From Cytophagales bacterium (GTDB lineage Bacteria > Bacteroidota > Bacteroidia > Cytophagales > Spirosomataceae), in assembly GCA_013298215.1 (NCBI GenBank), contig JAAFKE010000004.1, positions 54,014 to 118,013 on the forward strand: a DNA stretch of 64,000 nucleotides, written 5' to 3'. Of this stretch, positions 47,341 through 56,241 are shown one piece after another. How positions within the stretch are numbered: position 1 is the first letter of the stretch; each line of letters begins with the position of its first letter. The notes under the pieces are model-generated. The model was not told the origin of the DNA. It made no database searches and saw only the letters and a program-made list of their open reading frames with translations. The translations under genes were made by a program, and so were the position numbers.

Positions 47341-49344
47341 ATGAAAAAAATAATCATAACCCTTTGTTTTATCGCATTCAACGGCGTTGGTGTGGCCTGC
47401 GCCCAAGATGTGCTGGTGCAAGCCAGCGTTGGTTTTGCGGGTATCAATGTGCGCTTCGACGAGGGCGCGCGCCAGATCGTTCAGGAGGACGTTCGCGCCT
47501 TGATGGCCAACCGCAAATACTGGGAGGCCAAACTCGACCGCTGCGTGCTGTACTTTCCAGTCATCGAGGGCATTTTGATCGACGAAGAGATTCCAACGGA
47601 TTTCAAATATTTGGCCGCCCAAGAAAGCTCGCTCCAACCCGATGTTGTTTCGTCGTCGAACGCCGTGGGTTTCTGGCAGTTCAAGAAAGAAACCGCCGTA
47701 GATTTTGGACTGCGGGTAGATGAAATCGTGGACGAACGCAAAAACATAGTCTCGTCGAGCCGGGCCGCTTCGCGCTACCTGCGCAAATCACAGTTGCAAT
47801 TCAACAACTGGGTTTCGTCGCTGTATTCGTATTATTTGGGCGCGGGAGGCATCACTAAAACAGTACCGAGCGACTGGATGTATGCCAAAACTGTTTTACT
47901 GACGGCCAATACCGACCGCTACGTACTGCGTTTTTTTGCGCACAAAATTGCCATCGAAGCCGCCATCGAACGCCACAACTCGGCCAATGACATTGTTTTT
48001 ATCGAATACCCAAAAGCGGGCGGACGAAACCTAAAAGACGTGGCCGACGAAATGGGAATCGACGAGGCGGCTATTAAAAAATACAACGTCTGGGTGACAA
48101 CCGACGATATTCCTGCCGACAAAGAATATACCTTATTGCTGCCCACGGAATCGGCCCAGATTGGGTTGGTGCGGCAAAAAACCGCCACCAGCAAGGGCAC
48201 ATCCAGGGACGGTGATTTTGCCCAAGACGATATTGGCTTCCCGGTTCTCAAAAAAGCCAGTGTTTCGATTCGGGGCGTGGAGTCGCCGCTGTTTTACGAG
48301 ATAAACGGTTTGCCAGGCATTATGGCCACCAAAAACGACGATGCGGCATTAATGGCGAGCAAATCGAAAATAAGTTTTGGGAGTTTTTTGCGCTACAACG
48401 ATCTGTCGGAAGACGACCCGATTATTGAAGGGCAGGTTTACTACTTGGCCAAGAAAACAAAACGCGCCATTGTGCCTTTCCATACCGTGCGCGAAGGCGA
48501 ATCGCTGTGGCAGGTTTCTCAGATTTATGGCGTGCGACTCAAACACTTGCTCAAACACAACCGCATAAGTACCCGCACGCAAAGAATGCAAATTGGGCGA
48601 GTACTTTGGCTCATGGAAAAACGCCCAAAAGATCGCCCAGTAGAAATTGTGAACGCGCCCACGCAAACCAAGCCTACTGGTGAGCAAATACGCAACGAAC
48701 CAGCGCCAACCAGAGTGCGCGAAAACAAAACACCTCAAACAACGGCGGAACGCAAAAAGTACGTCCCCAAAATGGCAGACCCGCAAACGGACACAACGCC
48801 GCCACCGCCTGACCAAAAAACGACTGTCCAAAAAACGGAACAAAAAAAACCTAAAATGGCACCCAAGTTCGACCCAACCGACGACGACCGGGTGATTGTG
48901 GTGACGGACGACGACCAGACTTATACCCCAAAAAAACAACCAGAAACTAAGAAGGTAGAGACTAAAAAACCAGAAGCGAGCCGCGCCGAAACCAAATCTA
49001 ACGCCAGAACGGTTTATCACGTTGTCGATCAGGGGCAGACCTACTACAGCATTTCTAAAATGTATGACGTAACAATTGCTGACATTCAGTACTGGAACGG
49101 CCTAACAACCGAAGATAAACTATCCGTAGGCCAGAAGTTGGCCATCAATCCCGTCGGGAACACCCTGCAAAACCAGCCGCAAAGCGACAAAGAAGAGTTT
49201 ACAACCCACACCGTTCAAGAGGGCGAAACCATGTTTAGAATTTCGCAGCAATACGGGGTCAAACTCGAAGACATCAGAAAATGGAACAACCTTCCAGATA
49301 ATGGTGTGAAAATTGGCCAGCAGCTTAAAATTAGAAAAAAATGA
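47341..49344 (+). CDS. MltD-like lytic transglycosylase with LysM domains and a long Lys/Pro/Thr-rich linker
   Basis: SLT catalytic region [25 protein letters not shown]. LysM repeats ([55 protein letters not shown]). Confidence 0.8.
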   Translation: MKKIIITLCFIAFNGVGVACAQDVLVQASVGFAGINVRFDEGARQIVQEDVRALMANRKYWEAKLDRCVLYFPVIEGILIDEEIPTDFKYLAAQESSLQPDVVSSSNAVGFWQFKKETAVDFGLRVDEIVDERKNIVSSSRAASRYLRKSQLQFNNWVSSLYSYYLGAGGITKTVPSDWMYAKTVLLTANTDRYVLRFFAHKIAIEAAIERHNSANDIVFIEYPKAGGRNLKDVADEMGIDEAAIKKYNVWVTTDDIPADKEYTLLLPTESAQIGLVRQKTATSKGTSRDGDFAQDDIGFPVLKKASVSIRGVESPLFYEINGLPGIMATKNDDAALMASKSKISFGSFLRYNDLSEDDPIIEGQVYYLAKKTKRAIVPFHTVREGESLWQVSQIYGVRLKHLLKHNRISTRTQRMQIGRVLWLMEKRPKDRPVEIVNAPTQTKPTGEQIRNEPAPTRVRENKTPQTTAERKKYVPKMADPQTDTTPPPPDQKTTVQKTEQKKPKMAPKFDPTDDDRVIVVTDDDQTYTPKKQPETKKVETKKPEASRAETKSNARTVYHVVDQGQTYYSISKMYDVTIADIQYWNGLTTEDKLSVGQKLAINPVGNTLQNQPQSDKEEFTTHTVQEGETMFRISQQYGVKLEDIRKWNNLPDNGVKIGQQLKIRKK

Positions 49345-49925
49345 TTTTGATCGAAAATACCTGCATCAGCGACGATGTGGCCGACCAGTTTTTTGTCTGC
49401 GACCTAAACGCCTGCAAGGGTGCTTGTTGCGTGGAGGGCGACTCGGGCGCTCCCCTCGAGGAGAGCGAGTTGCCCATCTTGAAGCAGATATACCCCAAAG
49501 TAAAACCCTATTTGAGTGCCGATGGCATCAAGGCAATTGAAGAGCAGGGCGTTTATACCACCGATTGGGAAGGCGACCTGGTGACACCCACCATTGGAAA
49601 CCGCGAGTGTGCCTACGCCATTTACGACCAAGCTGGGGTGCTCAAATGCGGCATTGAACAGGCGCACTTAGACGGAAAAATTGATTTTCAGAAACCAGTT
49701 TCGTGCCACCTCTACCCCATCCGGATCACCAAATACGATCAATACGAAGCGCTAAACTACGACCAGTGGAGTATCTGCACGGCAGCCTGCACCTTGGGGC
49801 GGTCGTTGGGCGTGCCAGTTTACAAGTTTCTAAAAGCGCCGCTGGTGCGCAAATACGGCGAAAAATGGTACGCACAATTGGTCCAAGAAATAGAAGGAAC
49901 GCACCCAGCCGCGCAGAAATCTTAA
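49341..49925 (+). CDS. DUF3109 family Cys-rich protein
   Basis: [21 protein letters not shown]-terminal Cys cluster. ATGA overlap with the upstream stop. Confidence 0.65.
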   Translation: MILIENTCISDDVADQFFVCDLNACKGACCVEGDSGAPLEESELPILKQIYPKVKPYLSADGIKAIEEQGVYTTDWEGDLVTPTIGNRECAYAIYDQAGVLKCGIEQAHLDGKIDFQKPVSCHLYPIRITKYDQYEALNYDQWSICTAACTLGRSLGVPVYKFLKAPLVRKYGEKWYAQLVQEIEGTHPAAQKS

Positions 49926-50005
49926 CCAGTTGATTTATAATACCACTTACACGCCTTCGGCTGGCTTTTGTGCAGGGCAATAGTCGGCAAGCAAATGGCA
50001 TAAAA

Positions 50006-50036
50006 AAGGCAGTTCCCGCATTGGGAACTGCCTTTT
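50006..50036. terminator. bidirectional hairpin terminator
   Basis: 12-bp stem AAGGCAGTTCCC / GGGAACTGCCTT with a 5-nt loop, an A-run upstream and a T-run downstream. Confidence 0.8.
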
Positions 50037-50057
50037 CAAAATCTCGGTACCTATAAA

Positions 50058-50573
50058 TTACTTTGGCATCAAAACGGTGTCGATAACGTGAACAACGCCG
50101 TTGCTACCAGCCAGGTCGGCGGCAATCACTGTGCTTTTTCCTCCTTGTGCGTCGGTCAAAACAACTTTGCCACCCTCCAAACTTGCGGTGAGGCTTTCGC
50201 CCTGAACCGTTGCTACTACTGCCTTACCACCACCCTTTGTGATCGCGGCCAAAACATCAGCGGCTTTCAAATCTCCAGCTACCACGTGGTAGGTCAGAAT
50301 CTTGGCTAAGGTGGCCTTATTTTCTGGCTTCAACACAAATTCAACAGTACCCGCTGGCAATTTAGCGAATGCCGCGTTTACTGGTGCAAACACCGTGAAT
50401 GGGCCTTTGCTCTTGAGCGTTTCCACTAAATCGGCAGCTTTTACGGCCGCCACCAGCGTGGTGTGGTCTGTTGAGCCAATTGCAATATCAACTACGTCTT
50501 TCGACTGGGCGTTGGCCACATTGACCGCGCAGATTGTGATCGCCAGGGCGAAGAAACCAATTACTTTTTTCAT
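50058..50573 (-). CDS. fasciclin (FAS1) domain protein, secreted
   Basis: Signal peptide; FTVFAPVNAAFAKLP and GVVHVIDTVLMP motifs. Confidence 0.85.
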   Translation of the reverse strand: MKKVIGFFALAITICAVNVANAQSKDVVDIAIGSTDHTTLVAAVKAADLVETLKSKGPFTVFAPVNAAFAKLPAGTVEFVLKPENKATLAKILTYHVVAGDLKAADVLAAITKGGGKAVVATVQGESLTASLEGGKVVLTDAQGGKSTVIAADLAGSNGVVHVIDTVLMPK

Positions 50574-50716
50574 GCTTGTTAAAATTATGTTTTGTAAAGT
50601 TTACGGTATCAAATCTTTTGACATCCAAGTACATAACGGCGTGTTCGGCAAAATGTTTTAAAACTGCCCATTCACATTTGCCCTGCCGAGACCCAACCCA
50701 ATGTCTTTGCACTAAA

Positions 50717-51904
50717 TTACTCCAGCGCCGCCACGCCAGGTAGCACCTTGCCCTCCATGTATTCGAGCAGTGCACCGCCCCCCGTCGATACGTAGCTCAC
50801 GCGGTGGCCGTAGCCAGCGTTGTTTACTGCCGCCGCCGAGTCGCCACCGCCAATGAGCGAAAACGCGCCGTTTTCTTCGGTTGCTTTTACCACTGCCTCC
50901 GCAATGGCATCGGTACCAGCGGCAAAATTAGGAAACTCAAAAACGCCCATCGGGCCGTTCCAAAGAATTGTCTTTGACTGCAAGAGTATGTCAGTAAACG
51001 TTTTTATCGACGCTGGGCCAATGTCTAAACCCTGCCAACCATCAGGAATTTGGCCAGTTGCCACCGTCTGTCGGTTGGCATCGTTCGAGAACGCATCGGC
51101 ACAAACATTGTCCGACGGTATGACGAGGTTCACACCCTTTTGCTTTGCTTTGCTCAATATGGTGAGCGTAAGTTCTTGTTTATCAGCTTCCAGCAACGAT
51201 TTTCCGATTGCTCCGCCCTGCGCTTTGGTAAAAGTGTAGGTCATACCGCCGCCAATAATCAGGTTATCGACGGTGTCTAAAAGGCGCTCAATAATGAGAA
51301 TTTTGTCCGAAATTTTTGCGCCGCCCATAATCGCCGTAAATGGGCGCTGGGCGTTTTTCAGTACTTTTTGGGCGTTGTCTAACTCGGCCTGCATGACGTA
51401 CCCGCACACCCGATCCTTGAAAAACTGGCCGATCACGGCCGTGCTGGCGTGGGCGCGGTGAGCCGTTCCGAAGGCATCCATTACCCAAACGTCGGCCAGG
51501 GCGGCCAATTTTTGCGCAAACCCAACATCGCCTTTTTCCTCCTCTTTGTAAAAACGCAAATTTTCGAGCAGCAAAATTTCGCCTTCTTTCAAGGACGCCG
51601 ACTGGCTCGCGGCCGATTGACCAATGCAGTCGTCGGCAAACTTAACGGTTTGGCCGAAGGTCTCTGACAAGTGTGCCACCAAATGGCGGAGCGAAAATTT
51701 GTCGGTTGGGCCATCTTTGGGCCGCCCCAAGTGCGACATCAGCACGCACGAACCGCCGTCGGCCACTATTTTTTTGATCGTCGGAACGGTGGCGGCGATG
51801 CGCGTGTCGTCGGTAATTTCAAATTTGTCGTTGAGCGGTACGTTGAAATCAACGCGCACCAAGGCGCGTTTGCCCGCAAAATTGTACTGATCAAGTGTAG
51901 TCAT
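50717..51904 (-). CDS. pgk: phosphoglycerate kinase
   Basis: 395 aa; [23 protein letters not shown] motifs. Confidence 0.95.
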   Translation of the reverse strand: MTTLDQYNFAGKRALVRVDFNVPLNDKFEITDDTRIAATVPTIKKIVADGGSCVLMSHLGRPKDGPTDKFSLRHLVAHLSETFGQTVKFADDCIGQSAASQSASLKEGEILLLENLRFYKEEEKGDVGFAQKLAALADVWVMDAFGTAHRAHASTAVIGQFFKDRVCGYVMQAELDNAQKVLKNAQRPFTAIMGGAKISDKILIIERLLDTVDNLIIGGGMTYTFTKAQGGAIGKSLLEADKQELTLTILSKAKQKGVNLVIPSDNVCADAFSNDANRQTVATGQIPDGWQGLDIGPASIKTFTDILLQSKTILWNGPMGVFEFPNFAAGTDAIAEAVVKATEENGAFSLIGGGDSAAAVNNAGYGHRVSYVSTGGGALLEYMEGKVLPGVAALE

Positions 51905-51954
51905 TCGGGTATAATTTTCGATAAAAGAATTAGAATTTGTTCAACAGAATGCTG

Positions 51955-51986
51955 CAAAAATACCTTTTCTTTGTGGTTAATCACAA
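51955..51986 (-). promoter_or_regulatory. Bacteroidota-type promoter candidate for pgk (TTG-N21-TATTTTTG)
   Basis: On the minus strand, TTG at 51986-51984 and TATTTTTG at 51962-51955, about 50 nt upstream of the pgk ATG. Confidence 0.4.
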
Positions 51987-51991
51987 CCAAA

Positions 51992-53197
51992 ATGCAGATG
52001 AATGGTTTTTTAAGGGCTTTTGTTGGGGTTATAATTGCGTTTATCACGCTCCTCACCGAGCCCTGTTTAAGCCAAACCGACACCTTTTTTGTGGCCCGAA
52101 GCACTGGTAAGTTGGCTCACCTCAACTACGGTTTGGGAAGCGATCGGCTCGGCGGCGCACGAATAGGCTCCATCGACTCGCTGGTACTCCTAAAAATTAC
52201 GGCCTACCACAAAGAGCTATACCGCGTTGAGTTAGCAAGTAACTTCACCGCCTGGATTCCCAAAAACATGGTTCGACCCGACACCATAACTCCCCTACCG
52301 ACCCAAAACTTGACGGGTGCGTGGCGCGTTTGGGGCAAAGAGCAGGCCGACTACCTGTCGGTGAGTCTACCCGAGCGGCTGCCGTACCGCAGTTGGCAAG
52401 AAGTCGATCCGTCGAAAATTTGCGTAGAAATATTCGGGGCAACCTCCAATACCAACTGGATTACCCAACTCAAAAGCGCGAAAGAAATAAAATATGTCGA
52501 TTATCAGCAGGTGAGCGATGGCATTTTTAGGATTACGATCCAGCTCAAACACCGCCAGCATTGGGGTCATTCGGTTTACTACGCTGGCAAGCGGCTCACC
52601 GTCAAAGTCAGACACCAACCCGCATTGCTCAAACTCAAAAACCTAACCGTGGCATTGGACGCGGGCCACGGCGGCACAAATCTGGGCGCAGTGGGGCGCA
52701 ATTCGGGCATTTTAGAAAAAAACCTTAACCTAAGCATTGTCGGTTTTTTGAAATCGGAATTAGAAAAAAAGGGGGCGGTTGTTCTCCTCACCCGCCCCAG
52801 CGACACCCTCATAAACAACAGCGACCGAGTCCTGCAAATGCGCCAGTTGCTGCCCGATCTGCTCATAAGCGTGCACAACAACGCCGCCAGCGACTCGGCC
52901 GTGGATGGCACCAGCACGTACTACAAACACCTGGGATTTAGGGGGTTGAGCCAGAAACTACTCGACCGACTTTTGGAGTTAGACCTCAACGAATACGGCA
53001 ACGTGGGCAGTTTTAATTTTGCTTTTAATAGCCCAACCGAATACCCAAACGTGCTGGTTGAGGGCGCGTTTATGAGCAATCCGAGCGACGAAAAGCGGCT
53101 AACTGACGTAGGTTTTCAGAAAAAAATGGCAAAAAAAATAGTGAAGGGGCTGACCGATTGGTTGGGAAGCATCCGAAAACAAAAATTGGTTAAGTGA
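51992..53197 (+). CDS. N-acetylmuramoyl-L-alanine amidase (Amidase_3 family)
   Basis: VALDAGHGGTNLGAVG, ISVHNNA, EGAFMSNPSDE. I use the ATG at 51992 (signal/TM region); the track ORF start lies antisense inside pgk. Confidence 0.8.
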   Translation: MQMNGFLRAFVGVIIAFITLLTEPCLSQTDTFFVARSTGKLAHLNYGLGSDRLGGARIGSIDSLVLLKITAYHKELYRVELASNFTAWIPKNMVRPDTITPLPTQNLTGAWRVWGKEQADYLSVSLPERLPYRSWQEVDPSKICVEIFGATSNTNWITQLKSAKEIKYVDYQQVSDGIFRITIQLKHRQHWGHSVYYAGKRLTVKVRHQPALLKLKNLTVALDAGHGGTNLGAVGRNSGILEKNLNLSIVGFLKSELEKKGAVVLLTRPSDTLINNSDRVLQMRQLLPDLLISVHNNAASDSAVDGTSTYYKHLGFRGLSQKLLDRLLELDLNEYGNVGSFNFAFNSPTEYPNVLVEGAFMSNPSDEKRLTDVGFQKKMAKKIVKGLTDWLGSIRKQKLVK

Positions 53198-53220
53198 CAA
53201 AAAAAATTCCCGACGGGCCA

Positions 53221-54252
53221 ATGCTTCTTAAAATTTTACTGCTCCCTTTTGCGTGGCTCTACGACCTGGTTACTCGCCTGCGAAACCACCTCTACGAAAA
53301 GGGCGTGTTTAAGGCCACCCAGCCGCCCGTTTTTTCGATCTGCGTGGGAAACCTCACCGTGGGTGGCACTGGAAAAACCCCCCACGTGGCTTTTCTGATC
53401 GAACACCTGGTGGATAAATACAAAATATCCGTCCTCAGCCGAGGGTACGGCCGCCAAACGCGCGGGTTTATACTGGCAAGCGCAGGAACGACCGCCCAAC
53501 AAATTGGCGACGAACCCATGCAGTATTTTCTACAATACGGTGGCCAAATTACCGTGGCCGTAGGCGAAAAACGAACAGAAGCAATTGAGCAAATAATGGC
53601 CGCCCGCCCCCAAACACAGCTCGTTATTTTGGACGATGCCCTCCAACACCGCTCGCTGCAAGCACACCTAAATATTTTATTAACCGATTGTTTCAGACCG
53701 TTTTACGACGACTATTTGATTCCAGCGGGGCGTTTGCGAGAAGCGCGCGTGGGCGCAAGCCGCGCCGATGTGGTGGTGGCAACAAAGTGTAGTGCAGGAC
53801 TATCGGAAGCAGAAAAGACGCTGATTGAGTCGAGCGTAGCTGCTTACACCAAACCAAATACGCCCGTTTATTTCTCAACAGTAGTGTACCAAAAACCCGT
53901 TGCCTACTTTGAAAACACCGAAGCCTTCGACCCGCAGCAGCCCGTCGTTTTAGTGTCGGCCATTGCCCAGCCTAAGCACTTCGAGCAGGCCGCCCGAAAC
54001 GAATTTGAGGTGCAAGACCATTTTGTATTTGGCGACCACCACGATTTTAGCACCGAAGATTTGACCAAAATAGTGCGCCAGAACAAGCCCATCCTAACAA
54101 CCGAAAAAGACATGGTGAAACTCAAGCCACTGCTCAGAACGCTCAACTTAACCCACGTGGCTATTTACTATTGGCCGATCAGTGTCCAGTTTTTGGGGCA
54201 TCAGCACAAACTGCCTTTTGGAGATTGGGTGCTGGCGCGGATCAAGGCTTAA
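53221..54252 (+). CDS. lpxK: tetraacyldisaccharide 4'-kinase
   Basis: P-loop GNLTVGGTGKTP, SRGYGR, ILDDALQH. I prefer the ATG at 53221 (MLLKILLLPFAWLY). A GTG at 53194 overlapping the amidase stop is also possible. Confidence 0.85.
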   Translation: MLLKILLLPFAWLYDLVTRLRNHLYEKGVFKATQPPVFSICVGNLTVGGTGKTPHVAFLIEHLVDKYKISVLSRGYGRQTRGFILASAGTTAQQIGDEPMQYFLQYGGQITVAVGEKRTEAIEQIMAARPQTQLVILDDALQHRSLQAHLNILLTDCFRPFYDDYLIPAGRLREARVGASRADVVVATKCSAGLSEAEKTLIESSVAAYTKPNTPVYFSTVVYQKPVAYFENTEAFDPQQPVVLVSAIAQPKHFEQAARNEFEVQDHFVFGDHHDFSTEDLTKIVRQNKPILTTEKDMVKLKPLLRTLNLTHVAIYYWPISVQFLGHQHKLPFGDWVLARIKA

Positions 54253-54264
54253 AATGTGTTAAAA

Positions 54265-56238
54265 ATGACCAGAAACGGGGATTTTGGGTTAAATTTGGGC
54301 GTGAAAATATTTTTATACATACTCGCCACCGCACTTTGGGTGGCTAATGCACGCGCCCAAACCCCCAACTTTCCAGGGGGTATTGGGGGTTTCCCGGGGG
54401 CTGGTGGGATGCAGCAGGGTTCGTCGGCCAATCCAAGTGGGGGCATCGACGACTCGACCAAGGTGATCTACGGGCCCAAAACGTCGCGGTATTTTTTAGA
54501 AAGCGATGTACTCAACAACCGCAAAACTTTGTACCCGCTCGACACGCTCATTGAGGGCTTTCATGCCTACAATTTTGTGCAACGCAGCCAAAACCGCCTC
54601 GTAGATCTGGGCAATTTTGGCACCGCCTCCCGACCCGTTTTCTTTGCCCCCGCCCAAAATTTGGGAACGCTCATGGGTTTCAACGCCTACACGCCCTACA
54701 TGTACCAGCCCGACAGCATGAGGTATTTTGACACCAAATCGCCGTTTTCTAACCTGTATTTTGTGATGGGCGGCTTGGGGCAGAACGTGTTTAGGGTCGA
54801 TATGAACCAGAACATCAAAAAACGGTGGAATTTTGGTTTCAATGCCCAAAGGATGAGTGCCAACAAACAATTTGGCACAAGTGGCCGCACCGACAGTGAG
54901 CAACGGCTCATCGAAAACTGGGCGTTTGTGCTGCACTCAAACTACCGATCGGCGGACGAAAAATACATGATAATGGGGAATTATAGCAACCTTAGCCATT
55001 TTTCGAGGGATCAGGGCGGGGTGGCCATCGAAGCCGTAAATGGCGTTACTGATTTTTTTCCCGCCAATGCCCCTGCCGCTCTTCTCGACCGAGCAACTAC
55101 GTTTGAACGCCGAAACCGATTGCACATTTACCACCAATACAAGTTATCGAACGGCTTTCAGGCGTTCCAAACGGTTGATTATCAGAGCCAGAGCAATATT
55201 TACAAAGACCTGGACGTGGCTGGCAGCCTGACGAAGCGTTTTTACAAGAACGTCGTACTGCAACCAAAGGTTGTTAATCCCGACGTGCGGTTTAGGGCCT
55301 TTGAGACCAAGTTTGGGCTCAAAGGCCAGTACCGAGGTTTCGACTACCGCACCCACCTCCGAACGCGGGTATTTGGCCAAACCGATGCCTACGCCCAAAC
55401 CGATTCGATCTGGCGCAGCAGCAGGCGGTCGGGGTTTCAAAACTTCGTGGGTCTGTGGTTGAGCTACCACCTAAAAGACAGCACCCAGCGCGTGGAGGGC
55501 GAGGTTGAGTACTTGCCTGGCGGAGATTTTAAGCTCAAAGCCGACCTCCACAGCCGCTGGTTTTCGGCGGGCTACCACGTGGTGGCTTCGTCGCCCACTT
55601 TTTTGCAACAACAGTTTAGGAGCAACATTTTAAGTTGGCAAAATGATTTTAGGCTCGTGACCTCCAACCAAATCTACGGCCAAATTAACTACCAAACCAA
55701 GCACCTAAGCCTGCGCCCGAGTTTGGAGTATAGTCTAATCTCAAACTACATTTATTTTGATACCAACACGGTGGCACGTCAATTTACGGGCAATTTTAGC
55801 CTCATCCAGGTAGGTCTCGGCTGGCAAACCAGCCTCGGGCGGTTTCGCACCCTTGGCCAAGTTTATTATACCGACCTGAACAACAATAGCTACCTCCGCA
55901 TCCCAAAATTGTTTGCCAACCTGCGGCTGTCGTATGACTTTAAATATGCTAAGGTGCTGTTTATCAACGCAGGAATAGACCTTCACTATAAATCTACGTA
56001 CTTTGCCGATGCCTACACACCATTGACGCAGCAGTTTTATCTGCAGGACAGAATTGCCGTGCAGGGGTACGTTATTGCCGATGTGTTTGCCAATCTGAGA
56101 ATTAATCGGGTGCGGCTGCTGCTCAAAATGGCCCACGTCAATTCGGGCGTGCTCGCGCCTGGGTACTTTACCACGCCGCTCTTTGCGGGCGTTGGCCGCC
56201 ACTTTTCATTTGGGGTAAACTGGCCCCTATTCGACTAA
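54265..56238 (+). CDS. putative porin-family outer-membrane beta-barrel protein
   Basis: Signal peptide ending ANARAQ, a Gly-rich N-terminus, a long alternating beta pattern and a terminal F. The start is ATG 54265 or GTG 54256. Confidence 0.55.
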   Translation: MTRNGDFGLNLGVKIFLYILATALWVANARAQTPNFPGGIGGFPGAGGMQQGSSANPSGGIDDSTKVIYGPKTSRYFLESDVLNNRKTLYPLDTLIEGFHAYNFVQRSQNRLVDLGNFGTASRPVFFAPAQNLGTLMGFNAYTPYMYQPDSMRYFDTKSPFSNLYFVMGGLGQNVFRVDMNQNIKKRWNFGFNAQRMSANKQFGTSGRTDSEQRLIENWAFVLHSNYRSADEKYMIMGNYSNLSHFSRDQGGVAIEAVNGVTDFFPANAPAALLDRATTFERRNRLHIYHQYKLSNGFQAFQTVDYQSQSNIYKDLDVAGSLTKRFYKNVVLQPKVVNPDVRFRAFETKFGLKGQYRGFDYRTHLRTRVFGQTDAYAQTDSIWRSSRRSGFQNFVGLWLSYHLKDSTQRVEGEVEYLPGGDFKLKADLHSRWFSAGYHVVASSPTFLQQQFRSNILSWQNDFRLVTSNQIYGQINYQTKHLSLRPSLEYSLISNYIYFDTNTVARQFTGNFSLIQVGLGWQTSLGRFRTLGQVYYTDLNNNSYLRIPKLFANLRLSYDFKYAKVLFINAGIDLHYKSTYFADAYTPLTQQFYLQDRIAVQGYVIADVFANLRINRVRLLLKMAHVNSGVLAPGYFTTPLFAGVGRHFSFGVNWPLFD

Positions 56239-56241
56239 ACC

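Noticed and set aside
48650-49010. Lys/Pro/Thr/Gln-rich low-complexity stretch in the MltD-like protein as a separate feature.
   Set aside because: It reads as a disordered linker between LysM domains within one continuous frame. There is no sign of an insertion element or a frameshift.
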